NCBI RefSeq assembly: GCF_001194135.2
Contig: NC_068992.1
Span: forward strand, 64,430,918 to 64,494,917
Direction: 5' to 3'
From: Octopus bimaculoides
Lineage: Eukaryota
Length of the DNA stretch: 64,000 bases
Numbering within the stretch: the first letter of the stretch is position 1; each line of letters begins with the position of its first letter. The notes under the pieces are model-generated. The model did no database searches and was not told the DNA's origin. It saw nothing but the letters and a program-made list of their open reading frames with translations. The translations under genes were made by a program, and so were the position numbers. Positions 12,050 to 23,493 of this stretch are shown here, piece by piece.

Positions 12050-12198
12050 TTTTCAGTCATTTACATTGTAAGTTCAAATGCTATTGAGGTTGATTTTGCT
12101 TTCCAACCTTTCAGGGTCAATGAAATAAGTACCAGTCAAATACTGGGGGTCAATGTAATTGACCATCACCCTCTCCCTAAAATTGCTGGCCTTGTGCC

Positions 12199-12236
<38 letters not shown>

Positions 12237-12460
12237 TATTATTATTATTTAAGGTATTGAGCTGGCAGAATCGTTAGCACACTGGACAGAATACTAAACA
12301 GCAGTTCATCCGTGTTCTGAGTTCAAATTCCACTGAGGTTGACTTTGCTTTTTGTCATTTCAGGATTAAGGAAATAAGGACTGGTTAAACCCTGAGGCTG
12401 ATGTCATTGACTAGTCCCTTCCCCTAAAATTTCAGGCCCTGTCCCTGTAATGGAAAGGAT
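12050..12460 (+). mobile_element. SINE family A, two tandem copies
   Basis: Partial copy 12050-12200, (TCA)n(TTA)n, then a full copy 12251-12460. Confidence 0.85.
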
Positions 12461-12633
12461 TGTCATTGTCAGTTTTGTAAATCTCAGATACTTAAAAGCT
12501 AAACAGTCCAGACATTTCCACTGGAGAACAGTCAGCGAGAAGTTGACAATAGACCCTTGTGTCTTACATTCTCATGGCTTTCCTTGAAATCTTTGCTATA
12601 CCAGAAGTAATATCTTCTGTATCATCATCATCA

Positions 12634-12665
<32 letters not shown>

Positions 12666-12668
12666 TTT

Positions 12669-12700
<32 letters not shown>

Positions 12701-13424
12701 GCATGCAAATTTAATTAGCAGGTACTTTATCTTGAGTTTGGTGACAATAAGTCTCTTCAAATCAAGAATTTTTCTTCAATTTCTTACAAAATATAAGATG
12801 GTACTTTTCTGCAGGTTGACAGTGAAAGTTTCAGTTCCATTTTCTTTCTGTCTTTCAGATAGCATTTTGGGTATTGTGCCAGATGCACTGTTGTTGATGT
12901 TGTTATTATTATTATTGTTTATCATTTTCATTATTATTCATTATTATTATTATTATTATTATCATTCAGTAGTTTTATTTTTATAACCTGCTTTCGCTTC
13001 ACTACCGAGCGCAGCTCTGTGTGCCTTGGGTATGTGCTGTGGTTTGCTGTGGTGCTCTTATGGTATTGAAAGTGTTTTGCATAGGATGTGTTCAGTGCCC
13101 AGTAGTGCAATTTTTTGTATGTTGTATATATTTGTAAGTCCTGGTGTTTTTATTATTATTATTATTATTATTATTCACTGCATTTCAGAAAAACAGTATG
13201 CCAGAGTCCTTGAGTAAATTATTCAAAGTGGTATGTATATAAATTTTTCTTTGTGGTATGTAAAAACTCAAGTTGAAAATAACACAAAACAGCAGAAAGC
13301 AACAAAATCCAACCATATGAATACTTGTCCATTCCTCAAACTGGTTATTCTGTCATTATTAAACTGGTCTCTTATTGAAATATAGGATGGTTGTTTTATT
13401 GTTGTTGTTCTGTAACTCTCATGA

Positions 13425-13615
13425 AGTTGCATAGCTCAGTGGTTAGTGCGTTGTGAGGTCGTGAGTTCGATTGCTGGACCAAGCTGTGTGCTGTGTTCTT
13501 GAGCAAGACCCTTTATTTCACCTTGCTCCAGTTCACTCAGCTGAAGAAATGAGTTGCAACATCGCTGGTGCCAAACCGTATCATCTTTTACCTTTCCCTT
13601 AGATAATATCAGGGC
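13425..13615 (+). mobile_element. tRNA-derived SINE family D (other copies ~35590-35760 on -, ~48490-48590 on -, ~59130-59380)
   Basis: A-box TAGCTCAGTGG and B-box GTTCGATT, then tgttcttgagcaagac...tttatttcac(c/g)ttgctccagttcactcagctg. Confidence 0.8.
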
Positions 13616-14715
13616 TGATGAATAAAGTGCCAGTCCATTGTCATGGATTGGAAGATTGGCTAGTGTTGGCTGCCAATGCTTCACATTCTGAGTTCCAATT
13701 CCACCTTGGTACAAGTGGATCATGAGAGTACCCTGTTCAAAATACAACTAGCCAAGCATGTAGGCCTACAACCTAAAGAAATCAGTTTGCAATGGCATGC
13801 TGAGGCTTTCATCCAGTTATGGATAAGCAATAACTGAATAGAAGTACGATATCATCAAATATTTTTGTATTTTTAAGCTGGTGTGATTTGATAAAGATTT
13901 AGTTGTTACTTTTAGCATTTTGTATAACCACGTAGAAGCTCTCTCAATAGTGATTTTAAATTCTTGAGGCAATAATAACTGAAGCAAGCACATGATTTGA
14001 CTACAATAGTTGTTCTCACTCTATATAACACTGGTGATGTAGTGGTGTGCATCCTAATCCAGTTCAGTTGCATGATATGCTGTGTAGTAGTCTAGGGATG
14101 TGGTATATTCCTCCTTGCTCAGTATTTTCCTGTTGTTCTTTAGCTTCAGCTCTGCTCTGATCAAGCAGACTTGTGAGGCTTTCCAGCCATAACTATCCAG
14201 TCTGTTCAGACATAGTTTATCTCAGGCTGCATTATCCAAAATGTCATTTGTTCGTCATTTTCTTGAACAGTTATAGGTGATATGGGGGTGACTTAACTGT
14301 TATTTCTAGCATGTATGTGAGCTTTTAAAAGTTCTTCTATTGGTTTTCTATAGTTCTGGCTGTTGTTTCATCCCAGTCCAAACTTTGATTAAAAGCATTC
14401 TAGCCATGGCCACCTGGTCTTCTCAAACATAGTTTACCTCAAATTTCACTCACTGTCCAATATCTTCTTCTTCTGGCAGAATGTGATTTGATTGAGGGAT
14501 TTAGTTGCTATTTTTAGCATGTTGTGTGACCATATAGAAGCTTCTCCTCTCCTTGGCTCTAGTCTTCACCTGAATGTTTTGGTGGTGACCACAGTAGAGG
14601 TGGCCTCAGTTGGCGTCATGATAATTACTATTCCCTCAGTTTTGCCTCTATTTAGTTGATTAGAAGACCATTTAATTGAAACCTTGGTTCGGATATGTAC
14701 TCCTATTTACTTTAC

Positions 14716-14778
<63 letters not shown>

Positions 14779-15499
14779 CAATAGACTCTACACACAACTA
14801 ACACTGAGGTGCATTGAGCACTTCTATGCTTTTGTATCACACATACATTGAAACATGCGTAAGTGAATCTTTAGCTTTAAATGGTTAAATAAACTGAACG
14901 TGTGTGTGTTTGTGGATATGGATATATAGAAAGGATTATAATCCAAGCTGTCTTCATATTGCAATGAAACGTGTAACTACAGCTCCATAAAGTCCAGTCT
15001 TTGTTTTAATGTATATTTATAATATATGCACAGACATACACATGATGTGTGTATATGCAAGAGAGGATGGGGGGATAAAAGTGATGTTACTGTAAGCCAG
15101 TGGTTCCCTGAAGATGTGACATAATATTTGTGCTTTGCCATGAGCACAGATATTAAAATTTCATATTTAATATAATGTGAAAGATACAAATTTAGAATTT
15201 TCATAGCTTCATTTATTAAATGAATCTTGTTTTGAATAATTGTCTCAAGTTTAAAGTATTTATAATTATAGACTAAAATATATGAGTGAATGTATAGGCT
15301 AAAATATATGAGGTAATAATGTATAGACTAAAAGATATTATCCTCTTTCAGTGGTATGTATAAAACGTGTCAAAAACTATTTTTTCTTGCTCTAAAGATG
15401 AATTGTAATTAAAAGAAATTAACTGGGGAACCACTAACAAAGACAAATATGTATTTCACTTATTAATAAATATTAATTAATTAATTATAACCTTTTTAC

Positions 15500-15851
15500 T
15501 AATCATTGTTTCTTTTCCTTCTTTCTTCTTCCTCTTCACTTTTGCTTTTCTGTTCTTTCTCATGGCTCTCTTCCTTTCTTTCGTTCTTGCTTTCTTTTCT
15601 TTTTGCTTTTACCAATTTTCTTGAATGTTTGATTTTTCTTTCTTTTTCTTTGTTCTTTATTTCTTTGTTTTGTTTTTTTTTCACTTTTCTTTTTCTTATT
15701 CACCTTTATCTGTTTATATTTCTTTATTCTTCATCTTCATTCTTTTTCCTCCTCCTCCGCCTCCTCCTCCTCCGCCTCCGCCTCCTCCTCCTCCTCTTCC
15801 TCCTCCTTTGCCTCTCTCTCCTCCTCTTGTTTCTCACCCTCCTCTTCACAG
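15500..15851 (+). repeat. ~350-nt polypyrimidine tract including (CCT)n
   Basis: Direct reading; ends at the AG preceding the putative micro-exon. Confidence 0.9.
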
Positions 15852-15863
15852 CCTTTTAAACAG

Positions 15864-15896
15864 AATCGAAAATCTGTCCACCAAGAAGAAGTAAAG
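15864..15896 (+). CDS. CLCN2: Probable ClC-2 micro-exon NRKSVHQEEVK (or PFKQNRKSVHQEEVK from 15852)
   Basis: Follows a ~350-nt pyrimidine tract; AG at 15850-51 and 15862-63; strong donor aag|gtaagc; ends in phase 0, matching the phase-0 start of the 18752 exon. Confidence 0.55.
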
Positions 15897-16389
15897 GTAA
15901 GCTGTCTTTAGACTAGAAGGAATAGAGGCATAGCGTATAGAGTAATTAGCTCCTTAATGATCTAACTCTGGATATTCAGGTTCAATTCCTGACTGAAGCT
16001 TTTCAAACCTTAAGAAAGGCATCAATGGAGCTACCCTCCTTTCAGCTCTCCCTGAAATGTTCAGGGGTGGGGGTGGGGTGTTTAAACTTTCCACCCCTAT
16101 ACCTCCCCAAGTTTACAAAAGCTTGAGCAATAGACATTATTACATTAATTCATGGGTATCTATTAATCTTCTGTCTTTCTGAGTGTTTCAGTCTTTTGGT
16201 ACTGTCCAATTGCAATATTTTCTTTATATTAGGGATGGAATGGGATGATAAGGGATCCTCTTGCCTCTTCACTCTGGCTCCTCCATGCAATGACATGGAG
16301 AACCAGAAAGAGTTAACATTTGTTAACGCCTGGGTGACTTCTGATTGAGCAGATCTGTGATCAAAAGTCTTCTAGCTGCGACCATACTT

Positions 16390-16930
16390 AGATGTTTCTT
16401 ACATGTGTTTTAGAAGTGTTTCTTGTAACAGAGATATGTCTGAGATGTGTCTTACATGTGTCTACTATGTCTGACACATATCTGAGATGTGTTTCTTACA
16501 TGTGTCTTACAAATGTCTCATTTATGTTTGAGATATGTCTCTGGTGTATCTGAGATGTGTCTTGTGTCTTAAACAACACCATGTCATGTATATGACTGAG
16601 ATGTGATTTACATATGTCTTGCACATGTCTCAATGTGGCTGAGATATGTCTAAGGTGTGTTTAAGATGAGTCTTATCATGTGTCTTTGACATGTTTGAAA
16701 TGTGTCTTTAGTGTATATTAAATGTGTTTTACATATGTCCTAGATATTGTAGGCATTTCGTGTGACTGGGAAGTGTCTTAAATATGTCTTAGATATGTTT
16801 ATGTATGTCTCACTTGTAACTAAAATATAACAATTGATGTGTCTCAGATGTGTTATACTTATATTACATATGTGTCTTAGATGTATTAAACTTATATTAC
16901 ATATGTGTCATAGCTGTGTCTTTGTGTCTT
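16390..16930. repeat. Degenerate minisatellite built from gagatgtgtctt / acatgtgtct motifs
   Basis: ~540 bp with recurring tgagatgtgt, atgtgtctta and acatgtgtc words. Confidence 0.75.
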
Positions 16931-17140
16931 ACATCCACAACAATCAAACATAAGTAGCATTCTGTATGAAATTGTACCTCATTCGAGGTACCACAGCAAA
17001 ACAAATACACAGGTACATGTACTTGCTGTAACATACGTGTACATATGTATATTTAGTTGAACTTGCACATGTGTATACACATACATGTATATACATATAT
17101 TTATATAGATACACACAAGTAAGCACATAGATTTACATAT

Positions 17141-17181
<41 letters not shown>

Positions 17182-17569
17182 TATACATATGTAGTAGAAA
17201 TAGATATAGAAAATCCTTAGTGCCATAGTATATATTTGAAGAAATGAATAAGAATGACGTTTGTGATAATTTTTCCTTCTTTAATGATTAAATGTTTATA
17301 AATTGTAAAGGGGAAAAAATGATCTGAAATGTCATTTTTATTCATTTTTTTTTCCAAATATATAGTTTTATACAAAAACTTAACTGCTCCTGGGTATGAA
17401 TTTAAACAAAGCTGCACCCTGCTACCCATCTATGTTGAGCCAGTGTGACCAGAGTGAGCACACCAGACCAGTATGATCTCAGGCTTAAATTCATGGTGTG
17501 TGCATCAGACGGTCGTTGGTGGAGAGAACATGCTGAGTCCGGTGTCCTGCAGTGGACCAAACACAGCCA

Positions 17570-17630
17570 GTCCAATCCAGTCCAGTCCAGTCCAATCCAA
17601 TCCAGTCCAATCCAATCCAGTTCAATCCAA
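17570..17630. repeat. (CCAGT/CCAAT)n pentanucleotide microsatellite
   Basis: Direct reading. Confidence 0.9.
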
Positions 17631-18317
17631 TATGAACATATATCATTCTGCATGCCCCTATACATACTTACTCAAAATACATATACTAACTCATAGATAC
17701 ATACTTACACTAACACACATTATTGTAAACTCATGCACTGGCTACTAATCCATGCACCTTACCTTGATTGTTGTCTTTGTCACCTTTCATTGTAATTGTG
17801 CAGTTATTGGGAAATATGCATTTGTAAGTCTGTTCATTATGCACATATGTGCATCTGTTGATTTATCTTAAACAATTCTGATTAATTCACATTTGCAAAT
17901 CTGTTGGGTCAAATTGAGGGTTCAGTTATTAACCCTTTTCCTGTGGGAATCAGATATATCCAATCAATTTTTTTTTTTACCCTTAACTTAAGAAAGCAGT
18001 TTTATAATCCAGTCTGTCTTTTGTTGAAGAATGACATCAGCTCTCAGCAACAGAAGCAACCTTTGTCATAAATATTAATTTGCATATCCACCTTAACTTG
18101 GGATGTGTATTGAATGCCATAGACTGTAGTACTCTTGGTGAGAGATCATCTCATATTGACATTAAGTGTTAAAAAAGCACAGACTACACCAGCAGATGAA
18201 ATTTCATCAGTATCAGCAGATAGGACCGTTGTATCACATAATTTCAGTGTAATTTGTACTTCATCAGCAGAAGGTACCCTACTACCAAATGCCAGATTGA
18301 AATTCCATTAAACTGAT

Positions 18318-18395
18318 ATAATTTAACACTGATTAAACAGTCAATAATTTAACACTGATTAAACAGTCAATAATTTAACACTGATTAAACAGTCA
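18318..18395. repeat. Perfect 26-bp tandem repeat x3 (ataatttaacactgattaaacagtca)
   Basis: Three identical adjacent copies read directly. Confidence 0.95.
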
Positions 18396-18751
18396 ATGAT
18401 GTTGCATGAAGCTGGAAGGTTGTGTATAACTTAGCTATTAGTGACAGAAATAGTCTTTGTAATGAATATTAATTAAGCACATCCTACTTAACTTGGTTAT
18501 GTTGTTTTGAATGCTGTTGAGATAATGTCAAGTTTAGTGAGGTAACGTGACTTCTATTCTTTTTGGTAGATATTTAATGTCATTAGTGGAATAGCCATGG
18601 AATCTAATTTTGCAGTGATAGGGTTAAATATTAATTCTGGTCGTCCATTCATTAGTTTTAAAACTTTTAATTTAGAATAGAAAACTACCCTGACATTCCA
18701 TGTTTTAAATTTTCATTTTCTTCATTTATTTTTTCTCTTTACTTTTGTCAG

Positions 18752-18856
18752 GATAAAGACAAAGAAAGAAGTCTATTGAATGAGCAGATAAATTGGGAAG
18801 GGTGTCAGATTGATCCAGCACCTTTCCAGTTAGTAGAGAAGACTTCTTTACATAAG
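18752..18856 (+). CDS. CLCN2: ClC-2-like exon, start of CBS2 ([35 protein letters not shown])
   Basis: Manual translation gives the ClC-1/2 signature [18 protein letters not shown]. ttttgtcag| acceptor, aag|gtcagt donor, 105 nt, phase 0-0. Confidence 0.95.
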
Positions 18857-18890
18857 GTCAGTAATTAATGCAGTTACCAGGATTTGTTAA

Positions 18891-19110
18891 CCCTTTGGCA
18901 TTCGGATTACTCTGTCAAATGTAATACTTATTTATTCACATTGTTTTTAATTAATCATGCACTATCTTGGGGCTTCACGATTTCAATGATGTGATTATTT
19001 ACTTTTACTATGACATTGTAGAGTAGGTGTGAGATGTTGGATATGGTTAGTTGGAACATCAAGGAGACAGAATATTTTGACTGGTTGTGGCCAGTTTAAA
19101 TGCTAAAGGG
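18891..19110. mobile_element. piggyBac-type MITE, 220 bp
   Basis: TTAA on both sides (18887-90, 19111-14); TIRs CCCTTTGGCATT / AATGCTAAAGGG. Confidence 0.85.
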
Positions 19111-20129
19111 TTAAAATGATGTTACCATTATGGGAATCTGTACAGTCATGGAATTGGTTTTGTTTCAGAATGTTCTGGTTGTTTTTGTTCCAATCCAGAC
19201 CTGTTTAAACAAACTCATGATCAAAGACATTCCAGCCATGACCATTCTGTATTATTGTATGTTGAGGATTACTTTTGTCTAATTTGTCCTCCTCTTCTTT
19301 TTCAAAATATTAAACTATAATTTGGGGAAGGTTTAGCTGCTGTGTTCCTAGTATTTCAACCGGCCACGCCAAGATTCCATGTCAGACTGTCAATATGTGT
19401 ACTGTTACTTAAAGCTAGACAGTGAACTGACAGAATGCTTAGTGGCATTTTATTTATCTTTAGGTCCTGAGTTCAAACTCCACCGAAGTAATTGATTTTC
19501 TTCCTTGCTGTCCTTGTACCATAATTTGAAACCAATGTGTATAATGTCGTATAAAGATGGACAAGATTTGAACTGAGAACATAAAGAGCCTCAACTAATA
19601 CCACAAGGTATTTTTGGCCCCCAAATATTTCCCCTTGGCTGGAGATGTTTTCATGGAAGATTGGAAACAAGGGACTTTAATTGTATAATGCTAACGGTTT
19701 TTATAACTATCTTGTGATGTTAAGACAAGGAGAGCCGCATGCTCGCACACACACACACACATACATACATACATACATACATACATACATACATTCAGAG
19801 TTGGCCAAAAGTCACCTGACAGTAAATCAAAACTCGTATAATTCCAAGATTAAAACAAAAAATTATTTCACATGCGACTTTACTAATAAATAGACAAATG
19901 TTGAAAAACAAAAACGGTGATTTTAACTCATAGCATTCAATTATTAAACATTCATAATTGGAATGAATAAACAAAATTGAATATTAAGTATTTATGGAAT
20001 TTTGATTTACTGTCAGGTGACTTGTGGTTAACCCATACATGTTAATGGATGTATTTAACTAATGTGGTATTTCATGTAAAAGAGGAAACGAAATTTGAGG
20101 TTAATATTTTTTTCTCTTATTTCTTGCAG

Positions 20130-20216
20130 GTCCATTCTTTATTCTCACTATTAGGTCTCAGTCATGCGTTTGTGACCAATATTGGTAAACTAGTTGGTGT
20201 CGTTGGATTAAAAGAG
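20130..20216 (+). CDS. CLCN2: ClC-2-like exon, CBS2 core (VHSLFSLLGLSHAFVTNIGKLVGVVGLKE)
   Basis: Matches the ClC-2 CBS2 consensus xHxxFSLLGxxHAxVTxIGxLxGxVxLKE. ttcttgcag| and gag|gtaaat, 87 nt, phase 0-0. Confidence 0.95.
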
Positions 20217-20827
20217 GTAAATTTCACCAATACCAAGGTGGTTTTTATAACATAAATTGTTGTCTTCAGTTAATACCTGTTGATTCTAACATGTTTTATT
20301 AGGGGGTCACTCAAATTACACTTAATAACCTACCTTTGTTTTTTTACTTCAACGTCTCTGCAAATCTTTATTTCTGGTTTAAAGATTTTGGAAAGGTTCA
20401 GTAACACACACACACACACACACTTAGTGTTTGCTGTTGGAAGGAAGAGTACTTGCTACCATACTATTTGTATTTTGGTTGAATCAGTCTTTTATTACTC
20501 TGAGTTACACCTGTGGAGGCACAGGATCTTCTGGTAAGTTATGATTAAAGAAAGTTATAATAAACTTAAAGATGTTGTGCACCAACAGATGAAATTCAGA
20601 ATAGCAAGGGACTGACTCAATCAAAATACATACATGCATACATACATATATATATATATATATTGGTTACAGCCATTTTAGTGTGGCTGTCCTCTAAGAG
20701 ATGATGATATTGCCATTTAACCCCAGGAAGACATTTCCTCCAGGTGGTTTATTCAGTGTGCTTTTCACACCCAATATTTATTAGAAAGTGGGCAATAACT
20801 CCTGCCGCCCTGGCTTTAAGACCACCA

Positions 20828-20888
<61 letters not shown>

Positions 20889-21311
20889 AATTTATTAAGT
20901 TCCACAAGGAAAATGTTGACAGGGACTTCAAAGTTTGGGCTGTTTGCTTTCCTAAGCCTGATGAAGCTGTGCATGCTGAAACTTAGAAGCCACTGTCAGT
21001 CCTTTCCTTCTAAAAGTTAGTCAGGCTTCATTTAGCTCAATGGTATGGAGCACTGAGCTGGAATTTTAAAGGTACAGAGTTCAGTTCTTTGTAGTGGCTG
21101 CTGGGCACTCTTTTCAAGGTGGTGCTCCAGCATGGCGACAGTGTTAATGGCTGAAACAAGTAAACGATGAAAGATGAATACATACTCTACAAGATAGCAT
21201 TGAGTAATCCTTTAGTTTAATGTTCAACTGTTTTATATGTAACATGACTTAAAAACAAACATTATGCATACATTTGTATGTATGTATAATACACACATAT
21301 ATACATATACG

Positions 21312-21350
<39 letters not shown>

Positions 21351-21902
21351 NNNNNNNNNNNNNNNNNNNNNNNNNNNNNNNNNNNNNNNNNNNNNNNNNN
21401 NNNNNNNNNNNNNNNNNNNNNNNNNNNNNNNNNNNNNNNNNNNNNNNNNNNNNNNNNNNNNNNNNNNNNNNNNNNNNNNNNNNNNNNNNNNNNNNNNNNN
21501 NNNNNNNNNNNNNNNNNNNNNNNNNNNNNNNNNNNNNNNNNNNNNNNNNNNNNNNNNNNNNNNNNNNNNNNNNNNNNNNNNNNNNNNNNNNNNNNNNNNN
21601 NNNNNNNNNNNNNNNNNNNNNNNNNNNNNNNNNNNNNNNNNNNNNNNNNNNNNNNNNNNNNNNNNNNNNNNNNNNNNNNNNNNNNNNNNNNNNNNNNNNN
21701 NNNNNNNNNNNNNNNNNNNNNNNNNNNNNNNNNNNNNNNNNNNNNNNNNNNNNNNNNNNNNNNNNNNNNNNNNNNNNNNNNNNNNNNNNNNNNNNNNNNN
21801 NNNNNNNNNNNNNNNNNNNNNNNNNNNNNNNNNNNNNNNNNNNNNNNNNNNNNNNNNNNNNNNNNNNNNNNNNNNNNTATATATATATATATATATATAT
21901 AT

Positions 21903-22265
21903 CGTAATCGTGGCCATTGCAATTTGCATGACCTTCGAATATCGGGCCTCACGGAGGCAATGACAAGTAACTGAGACCTTTGGCGATATGCTGTGCTTGA
22001 GAAGACTTATCAAACCAAGTGGAATCGTAGCCTTGTCCATTGTCAGTGTCATGGAAATGGCACCCATGAAATTGTAGCTGTGGTCATTGCTTGTGGCACG
22101 TAAAAAGCATCCATTACACTCTGAGTGGTTTGTGTTAGGAAGGGCATGCAGCTGTAGAAACCTTGTCAGAACAGACTGAAACATGGCACAGCTCTCCAGC
22201 TGACCAGTTCCAGTCAAACCGTCCACCCCATGCCAGCATGGAAAGTGGATATTAAATGTTGATGA
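21903..22265 (-). mobile_element. Interspersed repeat family E (other copies ~1215-1340, ~40440-40780)
   Basis: Shared core gttaggaagggcat(c/t/g)cagctgtagaaac...ccca(t)gccagcatggaaag at three loci. Confidence 0.7.
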
Positions 22266-22286
22266 CAATATGTAGTTGTATGTAAG

Positions 22287-22490
22287 GCAGCGAGCTGGCA
22301 GAAATCTTAGCATGCTGGGCAAAATGCTTAACAATATTTCATCTGTCTTTACATTCTGAGTTCAAATTTGGCCGAGATTAACTTTGCCTTTCATCCTTTT
22401 GGGGTTGATAAATTAAGTACCAGTTGCATACTGGGGTCAATCTAATTAACTGCCCCAAAATTTCGGGCCTTGTGCCTAAAGTAGTAAAAA
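22287..22490 (+). mobile_element. SINE family A copy
   Basis: aaggcagcgagctggcagaa...aaaatttcgggccttgtgcctaaagtag. Confidence 0.85.
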
Positions 22491-22675
22491 AAATATAGTA
22501 GTATGTACTGTTTCACAACTGACTATGGCTCAACAACTGTTGTAATGTTGTAGCAAGTCAAGGTACTTGTAACAGTGATGTTGACTTAAGTACTACATGT
22601 ACCCCTCTTTGTACCCTAATTGTTGTTACAGACATAAGCAGATATTAATCTCTTCGAATTATTGTTGTGTTTCAG

Positions 22676-22858
22676 TTGCGTAACTCCATCCAGGGCCAAA
22701 TAGACGCACAAGCTAAACACAAGGCATCCGGTAGACATGATGCTGACAGCAGCGAGGAGGACAACGACGACCCGGCCCAGCTAGAGGTTGTGCGCGAAAA
22801 TGGCCACCGAGAGACATTCACACTAGTCAAGAGGGAGATTGCAGAAGAGACGGTTTGA
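22676..22858 (+). CDS. CLCN2: ClC-2-like terminal coding exon (LRNSIQGQIDAQAK...LVKREIAEETV*)
   Basis: gtgtttcag| acceptor. LRNSIQG continues the LKE|LRxAIxG end of CBS2. TGA at 22856-22858. Confidence 0.9.
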   Translation: MRNSIQGQIDAQAKHKASGRHDADSSEEDNDDPAQLEVVRENGHRETFTLVKREIAEETV

Positions 22859-23487
22859 AATGAAAGGATGTGGTGAAACGTGTCTTGGTTTCCTGGTTTC
22901 CAAATACTTGAATGTGTGTGTGTGTATACATGTTTGTCTGCTTTGGCATTCTCTCTCTCTCTCTCTCTGGAATCACATTTGTACAAATTCTTAAAAAAAA
23001 AGAAGAGAGAAAAAATACCAAAAGGTAAAGGAAAAGAAAAACAAAGCTTTGTTCAGATNNNNNNNNNNNNNNNNNNNNNNNNNNNNNNNNNNNNNNNNNN
23101 NNNNNNNNNNNNNNNNNNNNNNNNNNNNNNNNNNNNNNNNNNNNNNNNNNNNNNNNNNNNNNNNNNNNNNNNNNNNNNNNNNNNNNNNNNNNNNNNNNNN
23201 NNNNNNNNNNNNNNNNNNNNNNNNNNNNNNNNNNNNNNNNNNNNNNNNNNNNNNNNNNNNNNNNNNNNNNNNNNNNNNNAACAAAAAAAACAAAAATGAA
23301 AGAAACAATTTTAACCTCCCCTCCACCCCACCCCAGTCATCATCATCGTAATCATCATCATCATCTTCATTTTTCTTCCAACCATAGACCACCGTCCATC
23401 TTAGACATTCGCCTCCGTTGCTGCTATACTCTGTGGTTCTAACAGCACCGATGCCAGTCTAAACAACTCTTGATGCTTCCTTCAGAC

Positions 23488-23493
23488 AATAAA
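23488..23493 (+). promoter_or_regulatory. Candidate polyadenylation signal (AATAAA) of the ClC-2-like gene
   Basis: AATAAA ~630 nt after the stop, followed by U-rich sequence. An N gap intervenes; unverified. Confidence 0.2.

Noticed and set aside
13425-13480. tRNA gene candidates (A/B boxes here and at ~281, ~9981, ~60050)
   Set aside because: No complete cloverleaf; each continues into a dispersed repeat body, so they are SINE heads.
15499-15894. Poly-Pro, poly-Leu and Lys/Glu-rich ORFs
   Set aside because: Translations of the pyrimidine/(CCT)n tract.
16430-16570. agatgtgt words resembling Tn5/Nextera mosaic-end contamination
   Set aside because: The full 19-bp mosaic end is absent; the words are part of a degenerate satellite.
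18318-18395. CRISPR-like 26-bp repeats
   Set aside because: No spacers between units, eukaryotic intron context, no cas genes.
23390-23490. GC-richer stretch that could be a further exon on -
   Set aside because: No recognisable domain in any frame, and the THSD4-like gene already terminates at 27415; more likely ClC-2 3' UTR.
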